The notes under the pieces were generated by a model. That model ran no database searches. It saw nothing but the letters and a program-made list of their open reading frames with translations, and was not told where the DNA came from. A stretch of DNA of 64,000 nucleotides from Candidatus Heimdallarchaeota archaeon (lineage in GTDB: Archaea; Asgardarchaeota; Heimdallarchaeia; JABLTI01): the NCBI GenBank assembly GCA_018238155.1, contig JABCTZ010000011.1, forward strand, positions 32,001 to 96,000. Direction: 5' to 3'. This document shows, one piece after another, positions 10,514 through 20,867 of the stretch. Both the position numbers and the translations under genes were made by a program. Numbering within the stretch: position 1 is the stretch's first letter; every line of letters starts with the position of its first letter.

Positions 10514-11275
10514 TTAGGTTTCAATTCTTGGTGCAAGGTAATAAGTAAGTTTTCCTCCAGCGACAATTGGAAACTCCAATTGAATTGGCATACTAGCAGA
10601 GAATGCTAGCATTACTAATTCACTTGCTTTGATTGCTTTTGTCATCTCAGTTAAATAGCTAAGTGAATACATTGCACTTGATTCTTCTCTTACATTGAAT
10701 TCAGCAATTACATCACTATCTTTTTCGATGTAAATCTTTACATCCTTGGTTTCACTAGAAGCAGAAAATGTTAAGCCATTTTCATCTGTTACAATTCTAA
10801 TATGATCACCGATTATTTCAGCGTCTTTTACTGCTTGTTGCAAAGCATCTGCAGTGAGTTTTATCTTTGATTTACTATCAATTGCTGGTGCAGGGTAATC
10901 GCTTTCTCCTAAATCGAGCAAGCTTATACCAAAACTTCTAACATTTTGCCCTTTGAATGTCATTACAAGTTTTGCTGTTCCTTCAAGCTCCATTATAAGT
11001 TCATCAGATGAACTTGAGCGTCTCATGATCTGAATCATTTCATCTAAATTAATGCCTAAACGAGTGACTTCCGAACATTCATATTCTTCGAAAGCATTTG
11101 CAGGAAGGAAAAAGTCGACCATAGCTACTCTACTGGGATCCATTGCCCGTAGTTCAATGCCTCTTTCTGAGGCGATGAAATTTGCTTCATCAAGTAAGGT
11201 GAGTGATTCGATAATATTTTTCCATATTTTTGCGTCTGCTAAAACCATTCTAAGTGCCATTATTTTATCCTCCAT
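10514..11275 (-). CDS. pcn: DNA polymerase sliding clamp PCNA
   Basis: LRAMDPSRVAMV, YSLSYL, YYLAPRIE. Confidence 0.98.
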   Translation of the reverse strand: MEDKIMALRMVLADAKIWKNIIESLTLLDEANFIASERGIELRAMDPSRVAMVDFFLPANAFEEYECSEVTRLGINLDEMIQIMRRSSSSDELIMELEGTAKLVMTFKGQNVRSFGISLLDLGESDYPAPAIDSKSKIKLTADALQQAVKDAEIIGDHIRIVTDENGLTFSASSETKDVKIYIEKDSDVIAEFNVREESSAMYSLSYLTEMTKAIKASELVMLAFSASMPIQLEFPIVAGGKLTYYLAPRIET

Positions 11276-11492
11276 ACTGTATATTGGACCCTCAATTTTT
11301 CTATTAAACTTTCAATTTGTTTCTGTTTACTCTTGTTACTATTCTTCATTTTAATTTCTCTATTAAAAAGTTCTTATCACTGTTTTGTAATCACATAGCC
11401 TTTTTTTTGAGGTAAGAACTTTTCTCTTCACAATTATTTCCTAATTCTAGAATAAAAGTTCATCTTTTTTCCAAAAATCGACTTTTTCAACC

Positions 11493-13112
11493 TTAATTTC
11501 CTACTATTTTCCCATGTACCAATTTTTCAGTGATTACTTTGTCAATATAAATGGTAACGATCTCTCCAATCCTTTCCTTTGCATTTTCAACTGCAACCAT
11601 CGGTCCACCCTCAAGGATATTGCCAATTGCTCCACCTTCTTCTCGATAATTAGGTTCACTTAATATCACTCTTACTTTTTTTCCAACCAAATTGGTCTTC
11701 TTCCGGAGATTGACTTCATTAGCAGCATCAGCAATCATTTTACTGATAGGGTTTTTCACCGCAGGTTTTGGCGGAGGAACATCGCCAAAAGCAGACATTG
11801 GTAGAGGACGAAATCGATAGATAGTTACTTTTTCGATGAATGGTTCCAAATTATGAATTAATTTTACTGTTTCTTTTGCTGTTTGTTTTGTTTGACCTGG
11901 CAAACTATGGATAAAATAAACATGGGCTTTCAAACCATATTTGTGAGCGATTTTCACAGCACGGAGAGTTTCCAGAGGCATACTTGATCGTCCCAACTGA
12001 ATAGCATGAGATTCACTTCCTGTTTCACAACCGATACTAAAAGAAGAGTTTGGAAGATATTTAGATAGAATTTTAGCTACTTCCTCTGTAAAGAGGTGTG
12101 CTTTAATATTTTCTACCTCTATCCATGCTTTCCCATTCGCAACACTTCCAATAGACGTTATTTGTGAAAGGAGCTCTTCGATTAACTTGGTATTTGCTTT
12201 TGGAAAATACGGATTCATCAGCAAATTATCTCCTATTTTACTATCTCTCCCAAAATCGAGAAAATCTGGTGCACTAAGTATAATTCTCTTAACATTTTTT
12301 TCAAGTAGCTCAGTAATTTCTTTTACTACCTGTTCAGGTGTTCGACTACGTGCAGGACCAAATAAGTTAGGTACACTACAAAAACCACATCCAGGAGGTA
12401 TTCCTTCTGGGCAATTCAATCTATCCTCAAGAGAAAAGCTATCACAAAAACCACAATTTGAGCATTCTCTACCATCAGGTAGGAGAAGCTTGGTTCCTTT
12501 AAAATTAGAACAACCTCTCACACATTCTACATATACTTTGGCTGAGAAATACTTGGGATAATCAGTTATGCATTTAGTAGATGCTTGATATGTTCTGAAT
12601 TCCTCTCGAGAGGAATAATTTCTAAAACCATTAATTTTCATTTTGCCTTTTGAATCAAAAAATCCAATACCAAGAATTTTCTCCAAAATTTCTACTGAAG
12701 GCGTTTCTCTTAAAGCATCATATTCAATTAGCTCTTTGATTGTTTTTTCTCCTTCTCCAATAACAATAATATCTGCTTGAGTTGAGAGCAAGGTAGAACC
12801 TAATTCAGAGGAAATTGGACCTCCAACTACTATTCGACCATCAGAGTTTTTCCTCCAAGAAGAGATTACTCTTTTTACAGCTATTTTATCCATAGACATA
12901 GCGCTAATAAATAAAGAAGAAAAATCATTTGGAATCCCTTTCTCGAGGACGTCTTCTGCGAGAAAAATTTTTGCCTCAATTCCTAACCTTTCAAGAACAC
13001 CATATACACTTCTAGAACCGGCACCAATAGCATCTCGAGTGAATCTTCTTTTTCCTTTACCTGAACCTGTAGCATCGACAATAGCAATCTTGTGAAAAGC
13101 AGTATTCATCAT
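11493..13112 (-). CDS. B12-binding radical SAM protein with C-terminal TRAM-like domain
   Basis: VVGGP, GEGE, ECVRGC..(insert)..GCGFC, GCETGS. Confidence 0.9.
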   Translation of the reverse strand: MMNTAFHKIAIVDATGSGKGKRRFTRDAIGAGSRSVYGVLERLGIEAKIFLAEDVLEKGIPNDFSSLFISAMSMDKIAVKRVISSWRKNSDGRIVVGGPISSELGSTLLSTQADIIVIGEGEKTIKELIEYDALRETPSVEILEKILGIGFFDSKGKMKINGFRNYSSREEFRTYQASTKCITDYPKYFSAKVYVECVRGCSNFKGTKLLLPDGRECSNCGFCDSFSLEDRLNCPEGIPPGCGFCSVPNLFGPARSRTPEQVVKEITELLEKNVKRIILSAPDFLDFGRDSKIGDNLLMNPYFPKANTKLIEELLSQITSIGSVANGKAWIEVENIKAHLFTEEVAKILSKYLPNSSFSIGCETGSESHAIQLGRSSMPLETLRAVKIAHKYGLKAHVYFIHSLPGQTKQTAKETVKLIHNLEPFIEKVTIYRFRPLPMSAFGDVPPPKPAVKNPISKMIADAANEVNLRKKTNLVGKKVRVILSEPNYREEGGAIGNILEGGPMVAVENAKERIGEIVTIYIDKVITEKLVHGKIVGN

Positions 13113-13323
13113 GTTTCATCCAGAAAATTAATTACTAATTTGTTAAGTTTACGTTTACTTAGCTTGTTTTGCTCAAAAATATTTCGAAATTTAAACGTTT
13201 TATTAGATACAAAACAACAGCAAACAAAAGAAAGATATTCTAGTAAAGTTACCAGTCAAATATAAGAATGAAAACCAATGCTATTTGAATTCAATCGAAG
13301 AATAGATTTAAATTCCGAAAGAT

Positions 13324-13929
13324 TTGGTGCTAACAATAAGACGTAAAGGATTGAATGAAAAAATGAAAGAAAATGGTGAATTTCTTTTACCTGGCGATTA
13401 CATTTGTGTTGAAGAAGAAGCTCTCCCTGGAGAGGGAACCTATGTTGCTGAAGGTAAAGTATTAACAACAGTCACTGGTACTGTTTTTAACGATACAAAG
13501 AAACGAACAGTCAGTATTTTTCCAAAAGTAAGAAAACCATTAGTTCCTAAAAAAGGAGATGTTATTATTGGGCAGGCTGAAAATGTCAATAAACATATGG
13601 TTTCTATGTCTGTCTCATATATTAACGGACAATCTATAACTCCATCTTACTCAGCAATTATGCATATCTCTCATACTACAAGATCTTATCTCGACTCAAT
13701 GTTTGATGCTCTTAAAGAAGGCGATATTATTAGAGGAAAGATAATGGATGCTCATACACTTCCAATACAGTTCACAACAACCTATAATGAACTTGGTGTA
13801 ATCTATGCACTCTGCAGTAAATGTGGAGAACGATTGCGATACTTACGAAGGGGCACACTCAAATGTGATAATTGTGATAACATAGAACCCCGAAAAGTCG
13901 CAGAAGATTATGGACGAGCACGATTATAA
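13324..13929 (+). CDS. csl4: Exosome complex component Csl4
   Basis: LPGD..EE..PGEGTY, S1 domain, LGVIYALCSKC..CDNC...EPRK. Confidence 0.96.
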   Translation: MVLTIRRKGLNEKMKENGEFLLPGDYICVEEEALPGEGTYVAEGKVLTTVTGTVFNDTKKRTVSIFPKVRKPLVPKKGDVIIGQAENVNKHMVSMSVSYINGQSITPSYSAIMHISHTTRSYLDSMFDALKEGDIIRGKIMDAHTLPIQFTTTYNELGVIYALCSKCGERLRYLRRGTLKCDNCDNIEPRKVAEDYGRARL

Positions 13930-13956
13930 TTGAAATAAGATATAATATTTAGTAAA

Positions 13957-14589
13957 GTGAGGGATTTTCTAATGGCTCGTTGGACAGCAAAAGAAATGGT
14001 ATTGACTGTTTCTTCCACAGAAGAAGCAATTCTCGTGCTAGAAACAATACAAAAACAAATAAAAAAAGTTGATATTATTGCTGACTACCATTCTGGAAAG
14101 GTAACTATTCGGTTCGAAGGAGCAAAAGACCATCTTAAAGATGCCATCGAGCGAGCAAAGAATGTTCACCAAACTGTAAATGGTATGCTCTATCCTGATA
14201 GAGATGGCTTCTACGATTATGATATAACTCATATCTCCAAAATGATTGGTAAAACATTTCCAATAAAGATTCTTTTAAGAGTTTTAGAAAAACGAGGTAT
14301 TGAAAGCAGTCGTGATGAGAATATCATTTATTCTAAAATGGTCTATAAACAATTAGTTCAATTAATCATTGCAATAGATAACTACCTCACCTCAATGCCA
14401 TATGAGGTTTCCACAAAAAGTTTGAGAGAAGTACTGGCAACAATTGCAGTAGTAAAAAACATCTCCATTGAAAAAGCAATAGCATTAGCTCAAAAGATGA
14501 AAGTAACAAGTGAGGATGACTATAAAAGGTTAATATTATCTGTTGAACCTTCACAAGCAATTGACAAATGCTTAGAGAACTCGAAATGA
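13957..14589 (+). CDS. DUF2067-like protein
   Basis: Conserved archaeal position between csl4 and rpoL; LYPDRDGFY segment. Confidence 0.65.
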   Translation: MRDFLMARWTAKEMVLTVSSTEEAILVLETIQKQIKKVDIIADYHSGKVTIRFEGAKDHLKDAIERAKNVHQTVNGMLYPDRDGFYDYDITHISKMIGKTFPIKILLRVLEKRGIESSRDENIIYSKMVYKQLVQLIIAIDNYLTSMPYEVSTKSLREVLATIAVVKNISIEKAIALAQKMKVTSEDDYKRLILSVEPSQAIDKCLENSK

Positions 14590-14685
14590 AGCAAAAGATT
14601 AATAGAAGTAATGAAAAATCGAACAATTAGCAACAAATTCTTATTATTAATTATCTTTTAACAATGAAACGGCGGTTCGAAAAAA

Positions 14686-14964
14686 ATGGAAATCAAAATT
14701 TTAGAATATGACGAAGAAAAAGAAATTACTCTCGAGATAAAAGGTGAAGGACATACTTTTACAAATGTTATAAGGGAATTTTTGAGTGATGTAAAAGATG
14801 TGGATTCAGCAGGGTATTTCAAAGCACATCCTTTCGTCGAAACAACAAAACTAGTTATTAAAGCTGTACCAAAGAAGAAAATAGACAAAGCGGCAAGAAC
14901 AGCAGCAAAAGAACTTGGTAAAACCTGTGATGAGTTTTACAAATTATTAGATAAGGTTGCTTAA
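14686..14964 (+). CDS. rpoL: RNA polymerase subunit L (Rpo11)
   Basis: GEGHTFTN, AGYFKAHP. Confidence 0.96.
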   Translation: MEIKILEYDEEKEITLEIKGEGHTFTNVIREFLSDVKDVDSAGYFKAHPFVETTKLVIKAVPKKKIDKAARTAAKELGKTCDEFYKLLDKVA

Positions 14965-15066
14965 ATGCAATACTGGATTGATCTCAAATGACAATGAGGT
15001 CTATTCTAGAAATTTATCAAATTCCTTTTTATTTAATATTAATGTCTATCATATAGTTTCTCATAG

Positions 15067-15504
15067 TTGATTCCAATGAAAAAAAATAATCTACCTGAAC
15101 CCTTGAGAACAAGATTAACACAAGTAATGAGAGATCATAGTTTAGCAAAATTTGGTGACTCTCTAACGAATTTTGTTTATTCGTTAGCAAAAACAAGACG
15201 ATACAAGCAATCATTTGGAGAGCGAGTATTAGATAAATCACTGGCGGAAGCAATAAGAAATGCGAATCTAAGATCTGTTATGCCATCAAGTGTGTCATCA
15301 GGTGATCTAGGAGATGGAGCAGAAGCACTAATTGGTCATGCGTATTTAAAAAAGATAATGACTATAGATGAAATGGTGGAAATAATCATTTCAGTAATGC
15401 AAGCAAAGACATTGGAAGAAATTTCTTACAGGAGTAATGAACGATTGCTTATGGCAGAAGCATTCGAAAAAGTATTGTTGGAAATTGTAGCGCGTATATC
15501 ATAA
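15067..15504 (+). CDS. Archaeal mini ribonuclease III-like protein
   Basis: LAKFGDSLTNFVYSLA, GDGAEALIG. Confidence 0.85.
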   Translation: MIPMKKNNLPEPLRTRLTQVMRDHSLAKFGDSLTNFVYSLAKTRRYKQSFGERVLDKSLAEAIRNANLRSVMPSSVSSGDLGDGAEALIGHAYLKKIMTIDEMVEIIISVMQAKTLEEISYRSNERLLMAEAFEKVLLEIVARIS

Positions 15505-15519
15505 AGAAATTAGCTTGCA

Positions 15520-16131
15520 GTGCGAAAATTAAACTTGAATTTTGTGGTGAACGTATTGACCCAACAGTTGAAGAAAGGAGTTAAGATACTTGGAATAGCT
15601 TGTGCTTCTTTTAATCGATTAGAGGATAAATTTGTTCCTGTTATTGGAGTAGTGTATCGAGGAGCATCCCTCATTGAGGGGGTAATGAAAACATCAATTG
15701 AGGTTGATGGTGAAGATGCAACAGAAAAAATACAAACAATGATAAAACAAAGTTCTCAAAGCAAACAACTCAAATTGATAATGACTCGAGGTATTACTAT
15801 TGCAGGTTTCAATTATATAGATATCAAGAAATTGTATGAAAAAACAGGGTTGCCTGTGTTATCTGTAGTTGATAGGAAACCAAATTTTGAAAAAATCCGT
15901 TCAGCAATAAAGAATGTTACAAATTGGGAAGAACGCTACAAGGTTATTACTAATTCTGGTTTAATAAGAGAAATTCAATCAGTAGAAGACGAGGAACCTG
16001 TTTTCATACAATCAATTGGTTTCAATGATGAGGAAATAGCTGCCTTTCTGAAAAAAATAACTATTGTCGGGAGAATACCCGAACCAATTAGAGTCGCAAG
16101 ATTGATCGCTACTACAGAAATATGTGAGTAG
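15520..16131 (+). CDS. DUF99 / endonuclease V-like protein
   Basis: VDGEDAT, GITIAGFNYID, GRIPEPIRVA; usual acidic residues look substituted (GIACAS, MTRG). Confidence 0.85.
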   Translation: MRKLNLNFVVNVLTQQLKKGVKILGIACASFNRLEDKFVPVIGVVYRGASLIEGVMKTSIEVDGEDATEKIQTMIKQSSQSKQLKLIMTRGITIAGFNYIDIKKLYEKTGLPVLSVVDRKPNFEKIRSAIKNVTNWEERYKVITNSGLIREIQSVEDEEPVFIQSIGFNDEEIAAFLKKITIVGRIPEPIRVARLIATTEICE

Positions 16132-16197
16132 TTAATTCATCAATCAAATAAATACTAAAAGATTCTTCCCAATAAAAATACTGGGAAGTTAACCCAA

Positions 16198-16563
16198 CTA
16201 ATCATATTCTCGCCATGTTTGTTTGCATTTCGTGCACCGATAGAAGCGTGTTGGTGCTTCATCACCACTTCTTGTCTGCACAGCCCAGTATTGGGTATCA
16301 ACTACTATCTTGCACTTTGGACATCTCATAGGCTTTGTTGGCATAGTGCTTATTTCATCCGGATTTTCTATTATGACCATTTCCTTATCATCAGAGTGCT
16401 TTATTTCTTGTGTTAAAATATTATCTTCTTCTGTTATGCCTTTTTTTCCTGTGCCACATTTTGGGCATGCCATAACATATTTTCCATCTATTTTTGTTGG
16501 TTTTAACATTGATTCACATTCTTCACAAAATTCCATAGCCATATCAGACATCGCCTTTAACAT
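16198..16563 (-). CDS. tfs: Transcription factor S (TFS/RpoM)
   Basis: MEFCEEC, CPKC, QTRSGDE, FYRCTKC..WREY. Confidence 0.96.
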   Translation of the reverse strand: MLKAMSDMAMEFCEECESMLKPTKIDGKYVMACPKCGTGKKGITEEDNILTQEIKHSDDKEMVIIENPDEISTMPTKPMRCPKCKIVVDTQYWAVQTRSGDEAPTRFYRCTKCKQTWREYD

Positions 16564-16663
16564 TTATTTTTTAATACTAATTAATCAAAAATAGTTTCCA
16601 CTTTAACAATATTGCTAAATATCTCAATCAAAAAAGGGAAAAATAAGTGAAAAGGAAAGATTA

Positions 16664-17422
16664 TTACTCTTTTTTCTTTCCAAGTTCTTCTTCTTGCATC
16701 TTTTTAATCAAAGCTATAATTGGAATTGAAATGTTCTTGCATTTTAATGCAGACATATCAAACATATCAGAATCTTTGAGTTTTAATTCCTTTGAGATAT
16801 CTTTAGCGCTGTAAACGTTAGGCAAATCTTGCTTGTTTACTACATAAATAATTGGTACTTTGCGCTCAACATTTTTGATGACTGTTTCTTTGAACTCCTC
16901 ATAATTCTCCTTAATTTTTGGATCAAGCGGATCAAGGATGAAAATTACTCCATCTGCTCTTCGTTCAGCGAAAGCTCGAATGTCTTTAAAGCGCCATTGT
17001 CCTGGAGTTCCAAAGAGATAGAAGATAGTTACCCATTTGATACCTTTTTCGGTGAGATAATCCTCAGACAAATCAGTGAATTTAATGATTTCTGCACTTT
17101 CATCTCCACCTGTGAGGAGAGCAACAACAGTGAAATCAAAGGTTTGTGTGGCTGTATTAGATTCTGGGAAAAGATCGGGGTTTTCTTTTAAAAGTTCATA
17201 ATCGACATAGAAATATCTTGGAACTTCTCTACCATGAGCTTCAGGATCAAAACATCTAATCATAGTTGTTTTTCCACTGCCAGAATTACCTGTAATACAT
17301 ACTTTGTACACGCCTCGTAATTTTCCACTAAGGTATGGATAAGTATTCAATACATTGTTTGCTGTTAAGATGCGGAGTTTTTTTACTTCAAATTCTATGT
17401 CTTCTGTCAAAGGATCACACAT
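16664..17422 (-). CDS. Small GTPase, MglA/Arf-like
   Basis: GNSGSGKTT, LFGTPGQWRF, NKQD, SAL. Confidence 0.88.
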   Translation of the reverse strand: MCDPLTEDIEFEVKKLRILTANNVLNTYPYLSGKLRGVYKVCITGNSGSGKTTMIRCFDPEAHGREVPRYFYVDYELLKENPDLFPESNTATQTFDFTVVALLTGGDESAEIIKFTDLSEDYLTEKGIKWVTIFYLFGTPGQWRFKDIRAFAERRADGVIFILDPLDPKIKENYEEFKETVIKNVERKVPIIYVVNKQDLPNVYSAKDISKELKLKDSDMFDMSALKCKNISIPIIALIKKMQEEELGKKKE

Positions 17423-17506
17423 CCAAATCTATACTGTGACTATATTTTTCTAGCTAAAAAATACTTTCGATAGAGCTATATTCTACTCATATGATTATTA
17501 TTAGCA

Positions 17507-17956
17507 CTAAATAGATATCTGAATTGGTAATTTAAACAATTCCTTTAGTGCTATGAATGCATGTTTGTCAATATTGAAGAGCTTCTTGTTTTCAGCAAAA
17601 CTCTTAGGATCTACAACAGCAACAAGGTCATTATCAATTTCTTGTAAACCAAACAAACGTTTTGCTACACGAAGCTGTCGATAATCAAAATACTTGCAAT
17701 CACAACAATATTTAACATATTTCCTTCCCTCAATATCAATCAATTGTATCCAGAGCAAATGCTCTCGAGACTCTGATTCCTTTCCTTTTGTTTGCTCCTT
17801 TGTTGTAAAATGAACCCGTAAAAGCCCATTGTCAAATTTACGAAAACTTAGTATATCCGTTGGTAATTCGGAATATAATTTATCATATCTAGTTCTGTCA
17901 AAGAAACAATAATCTATTGGAAGAGCTAAATATTCTTTTTTGAGATTCTCAGACAA
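17507..17956 (-). CDS. Hypothetical protein, possible SWIM-like Zn finger
   Basis: CDCKYF ... DKH. Confidence 0.5.
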   Translation of the reverse strand: MSENLKKEYLALPIDYCFFDRTRYDKLYSELPTDILSFRKFDNGLLRVHFTTKEQTKGKESESREHLLWIQLIDIEGRKYVKYCCDCKYFDYRQLRVAKRLFGLQEIDNDLVAVVDPKSFAENKKLFNIDKHAFIALKELFKLPIQISI

Positions 17957-18088
17957 ATGATATTACCTCAATAATAGGTTTACCAATTCGGTCTTATATA
18001 CTTTTTAGAATCTACTTTTATTTTGTAAACAAAAATGATATAATGCTAGACTATTAAAGTAAGAACTAATTCAAAGGGAAGGAAAATC

Positions 18089-18583
18089 ATGCCTGTAAAA
18101 TTAACTAATGTAAAACTAAAGAATCCAGAACTCAAGTATCAAATAATTGTTGGACAAGCAAATTTCTCTATATTTACTACTGATAATCTCTTTATGACGA
18201 TGTTAACTACTGTTCCAAGAATAAAATGCGCTGTAGCAATGAACGAAGCAGTACCAAAACTAACACGAGTAACAGCGAATGATTCTACAATAAAAAAACT
18301 GGCAGCTGAAAATGCATTAGCAATAGGTGCAAGTCATGCATTTGTTATCATGATGGAAAAAGCATTTCCAATAAATGTTCTACCACAAATAAAAAATCAT
18401 CCCGCTGTTTGTAACATATTTGTATCTTCAGCAAATGAAATAGAAATTATTGTAGGAGAAACAGCATTGGGCAAAGCTATTCTAGGAGCTGTTGATGGAA
18501 CCAGTGTAGAGAAAATAGAAACTGATACTCAAAAGAAAGAAAGAAGAGAATTAGTGGAAAAATTTGGTTATAAAATAGAATAA
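18089..18583 (+). CDS. Adenosine-specific kinase family (DUF355)
   Basis: IIVGQANF, AMNEA, IGASHAF, FPINVL, LGAVDG, ERRE..FGYK. Confidence 0.9.
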   Translation: MPVKLTNVKLKNPELKYQIIVGQANFSIFTTDNLFMTMLTTVPRIKCAVAMNEAVPKLTRVTANDSTIKKLAAENALAIGASHAFVIMMEKAFPINVLPQIKNHPAVCNIFVSSANEIEIIVGETALGKAILGAVDGTSVEKIETDTQKKERRELVEKFGYKIE

Positions 18584-18675
18584 AAATCAACTAAAATTGG
18601 TACATAAAAAAAGGCTAGAATGAAAGAGATTCAAGAAATTGCTCTTGAATTTTGCTCCTGTCAAGGAAATGAAGA

Positions 18676-18762
18676 TTATATTCCATTAATAAGTGCGAGT
18701 TTCATTCTAGCTTTAGCTTTATCTTGGATAATTTTCTTTTTGAGTTGGTATTTTTTAGTCAT
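18676..18762 (-). CDS. 28-aa microprotein (paralogue B)
   Basis: MTKKYQLKKKIIQDKAKARMKLALINGI*, preceded by AAGGTGA Shine-Dalgarno. Confidence 0.65.
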   Translation of the reverse strand: MTKKYQLKKKIIQDKAKARMKLALINGI

Positions 18763-18791
18763 TAGTTATCACCTTATTTTTTTTATTTCTT

Positions 18792-18881
18792 CTATTGACC
18801 AGCAATCATTGCGAATTTAATTCTGGCTTGGTCATAATCCTTCTTGATATTTAGTTTGATTTTTTGTTTGGTATTGGTCAT
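18792..18881 (-). CDS. 29-aa microprotein (paralogue A)
   Basis: MTNTKQKIKLNIKKDYDQARIKFAMIAGQ*, preceded by GGAG and a TTTATATA box. Confidence 0.65.
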   Translation of the reverse strand: MTNTKQKIKLNIKKDYDQARIKFAMIAGQ

Positions 18882-19071
18882 TTTTTGTTCTCCGAGTTTT
18901 ATTCGTAATTAACATACAACTAGTTTGATATATAAAACGGATTCACTTTTTAGGAACTCAAAAAGAAGACTCATAAAGAGGTCACAAATTGTGACTAAGA
19001 TAAGTATTTCATGAAAAAAAGTGTTAAAATAATAAAGGAATTCAAGATGATGAATCCCACTAAAGGATTCA

Positions 19072-20493
19072 CTAATCTTCTTTCCTCTTGAAATATTGAG
19101 AAGTAACCTCATCAATGAATATTTTGTACATTTCATCTACGCCCTCACCAGATATTGCTGAGGTTTCAAAGAAAGGAACGTTGATACCGTACACTAGTGA
19201 GAGCGTTTTAGCTAAATTAAAACCATCTTTATTGCTTACACACTCAATCGTCTGATTTGCACGGAGATCACTCTTATTTCCAACCAAGACAAAAATTAGC
19301 TCTTTTCCTTCAAGATTGATTATTTCGGTGATTAAATTTTTGATATTGTCAAATGATTCTTTTTGAGAAATATCATAGATTAAGAGTACACCATTCACTC
19401 CTCTAAAGAAAATTTCACTACTAAAGTAGGAATGATCACCTGTAGATACATCCCAGAATTGGAAAACGAATCCTTCGCCTTCAATTTCAAGCTGCTTTGA
19501 AGTAATATCTGCTCCAAAAACCTCGTTGTATTCATGGGTAGAATCGTCACCAACAAATTTCCTTCTAAGTGATGTTTTTCCAACTGGACCTTCACCAACA
19601 AGTATAACCTTCATTATAGTTTTGGATATTTTTCTAGTGGTGAGTTCCTCTGGTTTTACTTTTTCTTCAGTAACATGTGGTGTTTCTTCAATAACTTCAG
19701 TACTAGCTTCAACGGGAATTTCATCAACATTTGAGGTTTCTTCAACAAGTTCTGGTTGAGACTCTATACTATTTTCATGTGTTTTTTCAGGAATATCTTC
19801 TATGACTGCTTCAATAGCCTTTTCCATGGGTTCCTCTTCGGATACCTTTTGAACTGGCTCATCTTTCACCTCTTCGATAATTTCCTCGGTGATTTCTTCA
19901 GCAATATCTTCTAAAATATCATCATCAAATTTCTCATCAGTGATTTCTTCTACAGCATCTTCAAGAGCGTCTTCTATTGAATCTTCAATGAAATCTTCGA
20001 CTTCATCTTCAATTTCCTCTTTATCCTCAGCTTTATCTGGAGAAATTTCAATACTCGGTTCAGCTGGTTTAACAACTTCTGGGGGAGCAACTTTTGTAGG
20101 AACTATTTCGCTTTCAATTTTGGATTCCTTCGTAATTGAGACATCATCTGAGGGAATGATTTCTGGTCCACTAGTTTGGATCTTCTCTAAAGTGATTATT
20201 GCAGAACGAAAAACCCCTTTCTTTGACTTATTGCGGGGTTCTAAAAGGGCGTTCTTTAAAGCAGCAAGACTAGGTATAGCTTTCTCACCGATAATTCTGA
20301 GAGCATTAGCAGCTTCAGCTCGAACAAGCCAATTATCATCATCAAGTGATAAAGTAACTGATGGAACAACCTTATCAAGATTCTCTTTGCTTTCTCCAAG
20401 CTTTTCAATTGCACTGCAACGGAGATCGATATTTTCACTTTCTTTGGATTGAGAAATGAGTAAATCAATATTTTTTTCTTTAAAATCATTCAT
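19072..20493 (-). CDS. HEAT-repeat / acidic linker / Rab-like GTPase fusion
   Basis: LRCSAIEKLG, VRAEAANAL; Glu/Asp-rich linker; GEGPVGKTS, FWDV, GNKSDL, ETSA. Confidence 0.9.
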   Translation of the reverse strand: MNDFKEKNIDLLISQSKESENIDLRCSAIEKLGESKENLDKVVPSVTLSLDDDNWLVRAEAANALRIIGEKAIPSLAALKNALLEPRNKSKKGVFRSAIITLEKIQTSGPEIIPSDDVSITKESKIESEIVPTKVAPPEVVKPAEPSIEISPDKAEDKEEIEDEVEDFIEDSIEDALEDAVEEITDEKFDDDILEDIAEEITEEIIEEVKDEPVQKVSEEEPMEKAIEAVIEDIPEKTHENSIESQPELVEETSNVDEIPVEASTEVIEETPHVTEEKVKPEELTTRKISKTIMKVILVGEGPVGKTSLRRKFVGDDSTHEYNEVFGADITSKQLEIEGEGFVFQFWDVSTGDHSYFSSEIFFRGVNGVLLIYDISQKESFDNIKNLITEIINLEGKELIFVLVGNKSDLRANQTIECVSNKDGFNLAKTLSLVYGINVPFFETSAISGEGVDEMYKIFIDEVTSQYFKRKED

Positions 20494-20575
20494 GCTTCAT
20501 TCACCTTACTAAGATAATCTTCAATTGAAAATTAAAAAGAATTCGCTATTGACATATTATAAAAAATAAGAGGAC

Positions 20576-20806
20576 TTATATCAACATTAGAATAAGAACA
20601 TCTCCTAATAGAATTAGAATTCTAATTAACAAACCAATTTGGATGATACTACTAATAACAAGAATTCCTAGTAATATTCTAACACTAAGTGCATGATTTC
20701 TGTAATTGCGACGAAAAATATTGAATCGTTCACTATGTGTTGCAGAATTATCTGCATCAAGTATTTCTTCTTCAATGTCATTGACCTCTTTCTCAAAAGT
20801 ATTCAT
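20576..20806 (-). CDS. Small membrane protein
   Basis: Acidic N-terminus, hydrophobic C-terminal helix, GAGG SD. Confidence 0.6.
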   Translation of the reverse strand: MNTFEKEVNDIEEEILDADNSATHSERFNIFRRNYRNHALSVRILLGILVISSIIQIGLLIRILILLGDVLILMLI

Positions 20807-20867
20807 AAAAATTTCCTCTAATGATATTGAAAATGAGTAATAAATAAAGTTATCTAAAGAAAAAAAA

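Noticed and set aside
18620-18820. 66-aa plus-strand membrane-like ORF
   Set aside because: It is antisense to the two SD-bearing microprotein genes, which explain the region better.
19526-20452. Ser-rich plus-strand ORFs (similar shadows at 27688-28008, 29059-29427 and 38244-38711)
   Set aside because: Antisense or alternative-frame shadows of well-supported genes.
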